Below, one piece after another: positions 19,034 through 28,073 of a DNA stretch of 64,000 nucleotides; position 1 is the first letter of the stretch; every line of letters starts with the position of its first letter. This stretch comes from Candidatus Babelota bacterium (lineage in GTDB: Bacteria > Babelota > Babeliae > Babelales > JAHIUU01): positions 75,863 through 139,862 of the forward strand of contig JAHIUU010000007.1 of NCBI GenBank assembly GCA_018817025.1, given 5' to 3'. The notes below the pieces were generated by a model. The model worked only from the letters and a program-made list of their open reading frames with translations, had not been told where the DNA came from and ran no database searches. Both the position numbers and the translations under genes were made by a program.

Positions 19034-20491
19034 ATGGAGCAGGTTGTACCCAGAGAGGCTCTTGTAAAGATTGCTGAATTTGTATACGAGATTCCCAAGT
19101 CGTTTCGAAGTGATATGCGTGTTCCGGCTCGTATTTTTGTTAGTGAGCAGATGCTCGATCAGCTTCTTACTGATCGGTCGTTGTGGCAGCTCGTGAACGT
19201 CACGACGCTTCCTGGAATTCAGACCGCAGGGTTTGCAATGCCGGACATTCATGAGGGATATGGCTTTCCAATCGGCGGCGTTGCGGCGATGGCTGTTCAT
19301 GATGGTGGGGTGATTTCGCCTGGTGGTATTGGGTATGACATTAACTGTGGAGTTCGATTGTTAGCATCATCTATGACTGTTCAGGAGCTGAAACCTAGAT
19401 TGAGTGACGTTGCCAATGAGATTTTTCGTGCTATTCCCTCGGGCGTTGGAAAGGGTGGTGCGCTTAAGCTTAAGGGCGCTGAGCTCGATCGAGTTTTGCA
19501 GGAGGGGGCGCGTCGGATGGTTGAGCTTGGTTATGGGGTTCCGGCAGACCTAGACTGTTGCGAGGAGAATGGTTGTATGCATGGCGCTGATCCTCGATCG
19601 GTTTCGTTTCGTGCGAAAGAGCGTGGGGCTGGTCAGCTTGGTACACTTGGTTCAGGGAACCACTTCTTGGAGATTCAAAAAGTTGAAGAAATTTTTGATG
19701 AAGATGTTGCAAAGTCGTTTGGACTAGTCAAAGACGGTGTGACCTTTATGATTCACTGTGGGTCTCGTGGCCTTGGGCACCAGACCTGTACAGATCATGT
19801 TCGACAGATGGTGCCAAAGATGGCGGGCTGGGGTATAACGCTGCCCGATCGTGAGCTTGCTTGTGCGCCGTTTGATTCTCACGAGGGGAAAGCGTATTTT
19901 GCAGCGATGGCCGCTAGTGCGAATTATGCTTGGGCGAATCGTCATGTGATTGCGCATAATGTTCGTCAAGCTTGGATGAACATTCTTGGTGGTGAATCAA
20001 ATTTACGAACGGTGTACGATGTTGCGCATAATGTTGGCAAGCGAGAGGTCCATGAGATTGACGGGAAAAATGTTGAGGTGATTATGCATCGTAAGGGGGC
20101 GACCAGGGCGTTTCCCGCTGGCCGGCCTGAAATTCCTGAACAGTATAAGTCTGTTGGCCATCCGGTATTAATCCCGGGGACGATGGGGACAGCTTCGTAT
20201 GTGTTGGTTGGTACGGAGCAGGGCCTGAAAGAATCATTTGGTTCGACCTGTCATGGGGCCGGCCGTCGTATGTCTCGTCGTCAGGCGAAACGTGAGGTTC
20301 GTGGGGCGACATTACGAGAAGCGTTGGAGCGTAAAGGGATTGTTGTTTGTTGTACATCAGACCAGGGGCTTGCAGAAGAAGCTCCATTAGCCTATAAAGA
20401 TGTTCACAACGTTGTTGATATTGTTGAGGGTGCAGGGATTGCAAGACGAGTTGCAAAGCTGGTGCCATTAGCAGTTATTAAGGGGAATTGA
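19034..20491 (+). CDS. rtcB: RtcB RNA 2',3'-cyclic phosphate/5'-OH ligase (long archaeal/eukaryal-like form)
   Basis: MPDIHEGYGFPIGG, GYDINCG, GNHF, IHCGSRG, HRKGAT, PGTMG, HGAGR, EEAPLAYK. Confidence 0.97.
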   Translation: MEQVVPREALVKIAEFVYEIPKSFRSDMRVPARIFVSEQMLDQLLTDRSLWQLVNVTTLPGIQTAGFAMPDIHEGYGFPIGGVAAMAVHDGGVISPGGIGYDINCGVRLLASSMTVQELKPRLSDVANEIFRAIPSGVGKGGALKLKGAELDRVLQEGARRMVELGYGVPADLDCCEENGCMHGADPRSVSFRAKERGAGQLGTLGSGNHFLEIQKVEEIFDEDVAKSFGLVKDGVTFMIHCGSRGLGHQTCTDHVRQMVPKMAGWGITLPDRELACAPFDSHEGKAYFAAMAASANYAWANRHVIAHNVRQAWMNILGGESNLRTVYDVAHNVGKREVHEIDGKNVEVIMHRKGATRAFPAGRPEIPEQYKSVGHPVLIPGTMGTASYVLVGTEQGLKESFGSTCHGAGRRMSRRQAKREVRGATLREALERKGIVVCCTSDQGLAEEAPLAYKDVHNVVDIVEGAGIARRVAKLVPLAVIKGN

Positions 20492-20492
20492 T

Positions 20493-21077
20493 ATGGGAAG
20501 CAGCAATAATGATGGTAATGGTGGTAGAACCTTAATGCGAGTTTTTGTGGCTATCGAAATGCCAGAGATTGTAAAAGAAGAGATTGGTAGGGTTCAGGAT
20601 GTCTTGCGCAAACACAATTTGTTTCAGGGGACCTATGTTAATCCTGAGCATGCGCATCTGACGTTGCAGTTTGTTGGCTATATTGAGCCGGTTGCCCTTG
20701 CACCGATTAAAAAACTTTTGGGGTCGATTTCATTTCATCCTATTCAAGCGAAACTTGGGTGCGTTGGTACGTTTGGTAGCGAGATGGTTATTAAAGTTAT
20801 TTGGCTTGATGTTGAGGGGAAAGGGATTGTTGATTTGGTGCATGAGATTGAAAAAGCATTGTCGTTAGGTACTGTTGCAAGAAAACGAGCGTTTCAGTCT
20901 CATGTGACGCTTGCTCGGGTTAAAGAGAGTTCTGATGTTGGGGAGTTACGCGAGACGATTAATGAGATTTGTGTGGAGCCGATCCCTTTTACAATCGATG
21001 AGTTTGTACTAAAGCAATCGACCCTCACAGAGCAAGGGCCGATTTACGTTGATTTAGAACATTACGAGTTGGGCTAG
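20493..21077 (+). CDS. thpR: RNA 2',3'-cyclic phosphodiesterase / 2'-5' RNA ligase (2H family)
   Basis: MRVFVAI (alternative start 20535), two HxT motifs (HLTLQF, HVTLAR), C-terminal GPIY. Confidence 0.93.
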   Translation: MGSSNNDGNGGRTLMRVFVAIEMPEIVKEEIGRVQDVLRKHNLFQGTYVNPEHAHLTLQFVGYIEPVALAPIKKLLGSISFHPIQAKLGCVGTFGSEMVIKVIWLDVEGKGIVDLVHEIEKALSLGTVARKRAFQSHVTLARVKESSDVGELRETINEICVEPIPFTIDEFVLKQSTLTEQGPIYVDLEHYELG

Positions 21078-21460
21078 TTGTTTTTGATATATGGTTTGCC
21101 AATGATGAGCTTGTAGAGTTTTCGACAGAATGTGTTGCGATGCTTTCTCTTTAAGAGCCCTATTGAAGACTCGCTGAATTCACGAATTACGCTGTATGGA
21201 TTAGCGCCAGCCTTAAGAAGTGTTTTCACGAGTTCCTCTTTAACATCATTCGGGTTACCACTATCTAGAATGGTTTTGTATAATGTTTCGTCCAAAAAGT
21301 CCTGCAGGGTGGGCCCATTTTCTTGGGGCTGGGAAACCGTCCGTCTTGGTGGCGTATTGTATCGGTCGATGTCTGGTTCCCGCAGTGTCTTTTTCATGCC
21401 AAACGCTGTCGATCCAGCCAAGATAAGTCCGGCTAGTATAATAAAAGTATATTTTTTCAT
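21074..21460 (-). CDS. Small exported hypothetical protein with an ankyrin-like fragment
   Basis: Signal peptide MKKYTFIILAGLILAGSTAFG; VKTLLKAGANP resembles the second half of an ankyrin repeat. Confidence 0.7.
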   Translation of the reverse strand: MKKYTFIILAGLILAGSTAFGMKKTLREPDIDRYNTPPRRTVSQPQENGPTLQDFLDETLYKTILDSGNPNDVKEELVKTLLKAGANPYSVIREFSESSIGLLKRKHRNTFCRKLYKLIIGKPYIKNN

Positions 21461-21482
21461 GAGGGGCTCTTTCTATAGGTTG

Positions 21483-21773
21483 TTAGCTGTTTTTACCGTA
21501 ATCTAGGCTGCGTTGTGCACGGTCATTTGGGACGATGTGGGAATTGCCGCCATTAACGTGTCTACGGGGTTCATCGGTGGGGACTTCTCGTCTTGGATAT
21601 GTGTTAGGTAAAGTACGATATATGCCGGGTGTCTTGGGTGTGTTTTTATTGGTTCGTTGTTGCACGGGGGTTTGAGGCCCTTTGTTCCCAGGATCACCCT
21701 TGCATCCCATGCCAAACGCTGTTGAACCAGACAAGATAAGTCCTGCTAATGCGATAAGTGTATATTTTTTCAT
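21483..21773 (-). CDS. Small exported disordered hypothetical protein
   Basis: ATG 21773 with AAGGA RBS; signal peptide nearly identical to that of the neighbouring gene. Confidence 0.7.
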   Translation of the reverse strand: MKKYTLIALAGLILSGSTAFGMGCKGDPGNKGPQTPVQQRTNKNTPKTPGIYRTLPNTYPRREVPTDEPRRHVNGGNSHIVPNDRAQRSLDYGKNS

Positions 21774-21947
21774 ATAAGTCCTTTCTAATATATGTCTATT
21801 ACTTGGAAAAACTACTATTTTACATAAAAGCAAGTTTTAAGCAAATATAAATAAGTTATGGAAAAATTATCTCAAAAGGTTTTCCATTTGTCAACCGGCA
21901 CTAAAAAAGGGCTGTTTTGGTTGGGGGGCGAGCCCTGCCATGGTACG

Positions 21948-21988
21948 CCCCCTCACATAAAACTTCGGAAATCACTCGGAACGAACGG
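21948..21988. repeat. REP-like repeat, partial copy D
   Basis: cccctcacataaaacttcggaaatcactcggaacgaacgg: conserved right end plus a core similar to copy B. Confidence 0.7.
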
Positions 21989-22048
21989 CTCGAATTCCTC
22001 GGCTCGAGGCTGGCGGGTTTTTTGGCGGGCAGACTGGGCTATTGGTTA

Positions 22049-23167
22049 TTATGAAAACGTATGATTTTTGAGTGCTTCGATTAGTTCTGCGAGGCCATCT
22101 TTCGAGGTTGCGTGTGTTAGGGCGTGAGGCTGGTAGGCTTCAATCTCATTCCTAAGCTCTTCAAGCTCTTGGTCGCTAAGTTTGTCGGTTTTGTTAAAAA
22201 CATAGAGCATGGGCTTTTGGTCAACGCCGAGGTCACAAAGGGTACCGAGTACGATCTCGATTTGTCCGGGCCATGATTTGTTGCTGACGTCGACGACGTG
22301 TAGCATTAGGTCGGCGTACTGAAGCTCATCGAGGGTTGATTTGAATGCTTCGATGAGGTGGTGTGGGAGCTGACTAATGAAGCCGACAGTGTCTGACAGA
22401 AGACCTATCTTTTTGCTGTCGACAAATAGCTCTCGTGTGGTGGTGTCAAGGGTCGCAAATAGCTTGTCTTCAGCCAGCACGTCGCTTTTTGTGAGTAAAT
22501 TAATAATGCTTGATTTTCCAACGTTGGTGTAACCAACTAGGCAGATGAGAGGCAGTTTGCTGGCGAGGCGCCGCTTGCGCTGAACGTCTCGTGATTTTTG
22601 TAGCGCGAGTAAGCGTTTTTTTGCTTGACGATGCTTTTCGGTCAGGTGCCGCTTCAGATACTCTTTTTCAGTTTCTCCAGGGCCCCGTGTACCGATATGT
22701 CCCGCTTGTTGCGCGAGCTGTGCCCCTTTACCCGCAAGTCGTGTTTTGAAATACTCAAGTTGTGCCATTTCGACCTGTATTTTTCCCTCTGCGGTGTGGG
22801 CGGCGTTTTGAAAGATTTCGAGAATAAGTCGCTCTCGGTCGTAGACGGTGCAGCCGAAGAAATCTTCAAGATTTCGCTCTTGAAGTGGTGAAAGCAGTTC
22901 TGAGACGATAACCTCGTCGATTTTTTTTTCGTTACAGACCGCTAGGACATCGAGTAATTTGCCTTTGGTTAAAAAATTGCTCTTGTCGATACGACGCAAT
23001 TTGATGGTCATATCCTCTTCGTATTCGACACCAAGCGTTTCGACTAAGCTTGAGAACTCGCTTTCGTAATCTTCACGAGACAGTTCGTGATTGTACGGGG
23101 CATGGATTGTAAGAAGCAGGACGTTTGTTCGTTTTTGAGTTGTTGAAATTGGTTTTTTGGATGCCAT
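22049..23167 (-). CDS. hflX: Ribosome-splitting GTPase HflX
   Basis: GTRGPGE, GYTNVGKSS, LFATLDTT, DTVGFI, NKTD. Confidence 0.97.
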   Translation of the reverse strand: MASKKPISTTQKRTNVLLLTIHAPYNHELSREDYESEFSSLVETLGVEYEEDMTIKLRRIDKSNFLTKGKLLDVLAVCNEKKIDEVIVSELLSPLQERNLEDFFGCTVYDRERLILEIFQNAAHTAEGKIQVEMAQLEYFKTRLAGKGAQLAQQAGHIGTRGPGETEKEYLKRHLTEKHRQAKKRLLALQKSRDVQRKRRLASKLPLICLVGYTNVGKSSIINLLTKSDVLAEDKLFATLDTTTRELFVDSKKIGLLSDTVGFISQLPHHLIEAFKSTLDELQYADLMLHVVDVSNKSWPGQIEIVLGTLCDLGVDQKPMLYVFNKTDKLSDQELEELRNEIEAYQPHALTHATSKDGLAELIEALKNHTFS

Positions 23168-23196
23168 GATTGTTCCTGACTGTTCCTGATTATTTT

Positions 23197-23724
23197 TTAT
23201 TTGAGCAAGTCGATAATCGCCTGACCGAACTCTTTTGCAAATTTTGGTCCCTGGGCCGTGATAATTTTTTCTGGTGCGAGAGTAACGCAGCCGCTTTTGC
23301 TGAAGCGAACCCCGTATTCTTCAAAAATTGCTTTTGCTTCGTCGGTTGGGAAAACGGTTGCATGCTTGTTGCGTAAGATGGTTGTTTGGACTATTGCGAT
23401 TACGGCATAACAGATTGCGGCGACAATTTTTTTGTTTTCATGAAAATATTGTATGGTTTTGTAGATCGCTTCGTTATTCCAGAGATATTTTTTTGACCCG
23501 GGGCCGCCAGAGATGACAAGTGCGTCGTATTGGTCAAACTCGGCCTCTGATAGGTCGCTGAACAGGAGGTTAGGGGAGTGCTCGTGGCCATTGACGCCGA
23601 TAGCAGGGCCCGTTTCTAGTCCAGCAACGTCGACGATGTGGCCTGCTTGTTGAAGCATGGTGTATGGTTCGGTGAATTCTTCGTCTCGGTAATTTTGCAT
23701 GAGAATAAAAAGCGTTTTTGCCAT
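23197..23724 (-). CDS. DJ-1/PfpI family protein
   Basis: YRDEEF, YDALVISGG, AAICYA nucleophile elbow, ITAQGP. Confidence 0.92.
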   Translation of the reverse strand: MAKTLFILMQNYRDEEFTEPYTMLQQAGHIVDVAGLETGPAIGVNGHEHSPNLLFSDLSEAEFDQYDALVISGGPGSKKYLWNNEAIYKTIQYFHENKKIVAAICYAVIAIVQTTILRNKHATVFPTDEAKAIFEEYGVRFSKSGCVTLAPEKIITAQGPKFAKEFGQAIIDLLK

Positions 23725-23810
23725 AAAAGCCCTTTTTTGACAACTGGTAAAAAAAGCGCAAAAATATTTGCTTGCGGACAGCAACTTGCAGACAACAAAA
23801 GGAGTCTATC

Positions 23811-24980
23811 ATGAAACAGAAGATTTGGAGTAATTTTTTCGTTTTGAGTTTGGGGTTATTTTTTTCCGGTTCTGTGCTTTCGATGGGGCAAGAAAGCATT
23901 GTTTATAAAGAAATTTCTAACCGTCTTAAAGGGTATTTGCCTGTCAATGAGCTTAAAGGTTTAATTGGGAATAGGGCGACAGAGGGTGAATTTGAAGCGT
24001 GGTTCTCGAGGGGGGTAGGGGTTCCGTACAAGATAAATGAAGATTTTATTTGGGATTCTTTTCGTCGTTACAAAAGGGGTCTTAAGTTCGACAGGTTTGC
24101 TAAGATAGATTTTTTTTATGAGTGTTCATGTTGTCGTTTCAATAGGAAAAAGCATCCTGAAAGAAGGGCTTTTTTTGAGGGTAACGTTCTTGTCTCAGTT
24201 ATGAAAAATGAAAATGCTCAAACGCGTATGAAAAAAGATAAGTCATTACGGGTGACATTTATCGGTTCGGGGCAACTTTTTTCTGAGTGGGTTATGATTA
24301 ATAAGTTGATAGAGATTGGCTTTAGAAAGATTAGTGTAACTTTTATTGATACGATCTATAAGGACTTTCTTGATGGGGATTTGTCGAAAGAGTCATTGAA
24401 AGAATCTTCTGATTATGAAAGCGCTCTAAAAGTTTATGGTAAGAATCGAAAGCCTTTTGTCGCAACGTATGGTAAGAAATTGTACAGTAATTGTATGGTA
24501 CCAACTCTTGATGAAACGGTGACAAACGATATGTTTGTACAGTTTTTTCGATGGTTTGAGAATAATCATGAAGATGTAGTGCTGGATATTGCTGTTTACG
24601 GCGATCTTGGAGCGTATGTTTCCAATTGCCAAGATTTCCCAGAAAATAAATGTGATCTTATGATTGCTGAAGATGTGGATGACGAGCATATCAATGGAGA
24701 TAGTAATCTGCAGGAATTTCTCATTAATGCTTATGAGAATATTTTGGTTGATGGTGGTTTATATGGGATTTTGGTGACGTTTTTTGACCTCGAATATTTG
24801 AAAAAAAGTTCAACAAAACGATTTCTTGATTGTTTTGAGAATCGTTTGTGGTGTTTCTGGAGGTCTGAATGGAAGAGCCCTGGAGACAATGGTATCTCCG
24901 AGGGCAAGTCGATTATGAGGGGCTATGTTGGTGAGAAACCCGGATTTTCTTGCGATGACTCTTGGTGCTTGATACTCTAG
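23811..24980 (+). CDS. Exported hypothetical protein with a Rossmann-like motif and a C-terminal CaaX box
   Basis: AAGGAG RBS, signal peptide, VTFIGSGQL...VTFID, ends ...SWCLIL-stop. Confidence 0.8.
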   Translation: MKQKIWSNFFVLSLGLFFSGSVLSMGQESIVYKEISNRLKGYLPVNELKGLIGNRATEGEFEAWFSRGVGVPYKINEDFIWDSFRRYKRGLKFDRFAKIDFFYECSCCRFNRKKHPERRAFFEGNVLVSVMKNENAQTRMKKDKSLRVTFIGSGQLFSEWVMINKLIEIGFRKISVTFIDTIYKDFLDGDLSKESLKESSDYESALKVYGKNRKPFVATYGKKLYSNCMVPTLDETVTNDMFVQFFRWFENNHEDVVLDIAVYGDLGAYVSNCQDFPENKCDLMIAEDVDDEHINGDSNLQEFLINAYENILVDGGLYGILVTFFDLEYLKKSSTKRFLDCFENRLWCFWRSEWKSPGDNGISEGKSIMRGYVGEKPGFSCDDSWCLIL

Positions 24981-25030
24981 TGCCGTACATTTCAAATCTT
25001 TTTTATTTTGCAAAAGTCAGACGGGGATTC

Positions 25031-27397
25031 ATGAAGAAGAGGCTGCTTGCTACGATTCTGTTCGTTTGTTTGTTTGGTCAATTTAGTGTTATTCAAAAAT
25101 CTGAGGCGAGTGGCCGAGATGTTTTATTTGGTGCTTTTCTCGGGATATTTGGGGTTACGGTTTTAGAAAAAATTGTTCGGTCTTTTGCCCCTCAAGGACA
25201 AGCTTTGCAGGGAGATGTTGGTAACAACGATACTTTTTTTTTAGAGACTGATTTTCAAGATCAGGACCTGACTTTTGTTGGCCAAGATCGAGCCTTATCG
25301 CAGGTTGCCGAGTTTGTTGACTCGGTTTTTTCTTTTCAAAAATATAAAGAATTAGGTGCAAGAAAGCCTCGTGGGCTTTTTATAGAAGGGCCGAGCGGAA
25401 ATGGAAAGAGCTTGCTGGCGCATATTGTTGCAAAAGAGCTTTGCAGTAAGCTAATTACGGTGAGTGGTTATTTCTTGTCGGACGATTCGATTGGTCCCAG
25501 TGAGGCGAAGGTTCGATTTATTTTTGATTGTGCTAGGAAGGCCGCTCAGGAGAAGCCGACGGTTCTTTTTATAGATGATTTTGATGTTTTTGCGCAGATG
25601 AGCGATTTTCACCGTTTCAATATTCAAAAGCGACGTGGAATTCATGTTTTTACCGAATTGCTTGAGAGCATCGATGATGAAGAAAATCTTATTGTTGTTG
25701 TTGCTGCGTCGAACTCTTCGCTTGAGTTTGATCCTGAGTTATTAAAGCCAGGTGTTTTCGATAGGGTGGTTCACATCCCTCTACCGACAAGAGATGGAAG
25801 AGCTTCTCTCATTTCGCACTATCTCTATGATGTTGAGCTTAATGAGTTTGGTTGGAGTGATGGGTTTGCGGAAGAACTGCTTGACCAGACCGCCGGTTTT
25901 AGTGCGCTTTTCTTAAAGGAGCTTTTTTTTCAGGCAGCGTTGATTGCTGGTCAGGCTGGTGAAAGATCTATTTCACAAGAACATCTTCGCGAGTCGCTGA
26001 GTCGAGTGAAAGAGAAAAAGCAGGAAGTTTTGGATCAAGGTCAGGACGAATTGTTCTATTATACATTTTCTGAAAAAACAAAGTTTAAGGATGTTGCTGG
26101 TCAGGAAGAGGTGTTGGTTGAGGTGAAAGAGGTTGTCGATGTTCTAAAAAATCCCTTGCGATATACGACGCTTGGTGCACGAGGGCCACGGGGGCTTCTC
26201 TTGCACGGCCCTTCTGGCTGCGGAAAAACGCTAATTGCGCGTGCAATTGCCGGTGAGGCCGGCTGTTGCTTTATTTCGATTTCCGGATCAGAATTCGTTA
26301 AAAAATATGTTGGTACCGGTGCCATGACGGTTCGGTTGATTTTCAATTTTGCTCGCAAGATGGCGAAAGAGGTACCGGTTATTATTTTTATCGATGAGAT
26401 TGACGGCTTAGGACACAGAAAAACCCTCGATTCTTCAGGAGGACAGAGCGAGTATAACAACACGATTAATGAATTATTAAAGCAAATGGATGGGTTTAAG
26501 CGAGATGAAAATATAATGGTTGTTGGAGCGACCAATCTTGCCGATGAGTTGGACCCTGCGTTAATGCGTTCGGGTAGGTTTGACCGAAAGGTTCGTGTTC
26601 CGCTGCCGGCTAAGCAAGCCCGTCAGGATATTTTGAGTTGTCACCTGAGCAAAGTTTTGCTTGATTTAGAAGTGACATCTACTGAGATCGTGTCTGAGCT
26701 TGCGAAAAGAACCGTTGGTTTTAGTGGCGCTAGTCTGGAGCTTCTTGTGAATGAGGCGGCAATGCTGGCGGCGCGAGGTGATGATTTCTGTGTGCGCAGA
26801 AATCATTTTGAAGAGGCGCTTGATAAGATTGTGTTGGGGGTTGCAGCAAACCGAGAACAGACGGCAGAGGCTTTGAAGCGAACGGCGTATCATGAGGCTG
26901 GGCATACGCTTGTTGCTGTCTTGAAAGGGCTTTCGGTTACAAAGGTGTCGATTTTATCCAGGGGCAATGCACTCGGCGTGACCTGGACAAGAAACAAAGG
27001 TGATGAGGATGGTCAGTGTACGAAAAGCGAACTATTACATGAGCTGATGTGCATGCAGGCTGGGTATGTTGCTGAAAAGTTAGTTTTTGGGGAGGTTACG
27101 CCAGGGGTTTCGGATGACTTAAGACGAGCAAGCGAGATGGCAAGCAATATGGTCAAACGGTTTGGCATGGGGGCGGGAGATCTGGAGTGTGTTGCCGGTA
27201 ATGCTATCTGGTCTGATGCGGTCAGACAGCGCTTCGACGAAGCTGCGATTATTCTACTAAGCCAGACGTTTACCCAGGTAAAAGAGCTTGTGAAGAAGCA
27301 CAAAGATTTGCTTGTTGAACTCGCTGAAAAGCTTCTCGAGAGAGAGACGTTGTCTGAGCAGGAAGTGTATGCTATTACTGGCGAGCCTTGCGGTTAA
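25031..27397 (+). CDS. FtsH-like ATP-dependent zinc metalloprotease with two tandem AAA modules
   Basis: Two N-terminal hydrophobic segments; AAA1 GPSGNGKS/FIDDFD; AAA2 GPSGCGKT/FIDEID/RSGRFDR; M41 motif TAYHEAGH and GVSDDL. Confidence 0.9.
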   Translation: MKKRLLATILFVCLFGQFSVIQKSEASGRDVLFGAFLGIFGVTVLEKIVRSFAPQGQALQGDVGNNDTFFLETDFQDQDLTFVGQDRALSQVAEFVDSVFSFQKYKELGARKPRGLFIEGPSGNGKSLLAHIVAKELCSKLITVSGYFLSDDSIGPSEAKVRFIFDCARKAAQEKPTVLFIDDFDVFAQMSDFHRFNIQKRRGIHVFTELLESIDDEENLIVVVAASNSSLEFDPELLKPGVFDRVVHIPLPTRDGRASLISHYLYDVELNEFGWSDGFAEELLDQTAGFSALFLKELFFQAALIAGQAGERSISQEHLRESLSRVKEKKQEVLDQGQDELFYYTFSEKTKFKDVAGQEEVLVEVKEVVDVLKNPLRYTTLGARGPRGLLLHGPSGCGKTLIARAIAGEAGCCFISISGSEFVKKYVGTGAMTVRLIFNFARKMAKEVPVIIFIDEIDGLGHRKTLDSSGGQSEYNNTINELLKQMDGFKRDENIMVVGATNLADELDPALMRSGRFDRKVRVPLPAKQARQDILSCHLSKVLLDLEVTSTEIVSELAKRTVGFSGASLELLVNEAAMLAARGDDFCVRRNHFEEALDKIVLGVAANREQTAEALKRTAYHEAGHTLVAVLKGLSVTKVSILSRGNALGVTWTRNKGDEDGQCTKSELLHELMCMQAGYVAEKLVFGEVTPGVSDDLRRASEMASNMVKRFGMGAGDLECVAGNAIWSDAVRQRFDEAAIILLSQTFTQVKELVKKHKDLLVELAEKLLERETLSEQEVYAITGEPCG

Positions 27398-28073
27398 TAA
27401 CGTCTCGATATAATTCAAGAATGTGTCTTGTGATTTTACCGTCTTCGATGTAGTCGCCAACCTTTTTAAACCCAAATTTAATCATTGAGCGTTCGCTACG
27501 TGGGTTCCATGGTCGGACGTGAGCATTATATTTATCTGTTGATGGGTTAGTGTCAAAATACGCTTTTGAGACAAGATAAAGCGACTCCTGGATTCGGCCA
27601 CCTCCACGATAGTTTTTATTCAGCCACATGCCAAGCTGGCCTGGATCATAGTCGTTTAGTTCTCTGATCTGAATGGAGCCAACCATTTTATTATCCTGGT
27701 TATTCCAGATGTTGTAGGCGATCATTTCTTTCTTTTCTATTCTTTTTGCTTCACCCCGCACGTAGCGTTCAATGTATCCGTAAGATACCTTTGCTGGGAA
27801 CTCAAGATACGTTCTTACGTCTTCATCGAAAGCTGTGTAGTAATCAAACGCAGAGTCGGCGGTTAGTTTTTTGAGTGTTATGATTTGTCCCTTAATCATG
27901 TCTGGGTAAGAAACTTTTTGTTGGGAGGCAGGTTTTGTGTGGGGCGTCTTTAAAATTACTTTTTTGTGTTGTTTGGTTGGGGTAAATAAGAGATAAAGTG
28001 TTATTCCTGCAACGAGGGCGACGATTGTCCCAGAAATAATTTTTTGTATCGATAGCTTTTGGTTATTTTTCAC
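27375..28073 (-). CDS. GNAT N-acetyltransferase (RimJ/RimL-like) with N-terminal membrane anchor
   Basis: WLNKNYRGGG, NPRSERSMIKFGF; TM helix near the N-terminus. Confidence 0.8.
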   Translation of the reverse strand: MKNNQKLSIQKIISGTIVALVAGITLYLLFTPTKQHKKVILKTPHTKPASQQKVSYPDMIKGQIITLKKLTADSAFDYYTAFDEDVRTYLEFPAKVSYGYIERYVRGEAKRIEKKEMIAYNIWNNQDNKMVGSIQIRELNDYDPGQLGMWLNKNYRGGGRIQESLYLVSKAYFDTNPSTDKYNAHVRPWNPRSERSMIKFGFKKVGDYIEDGKITRHILELYRDVINRKARQ

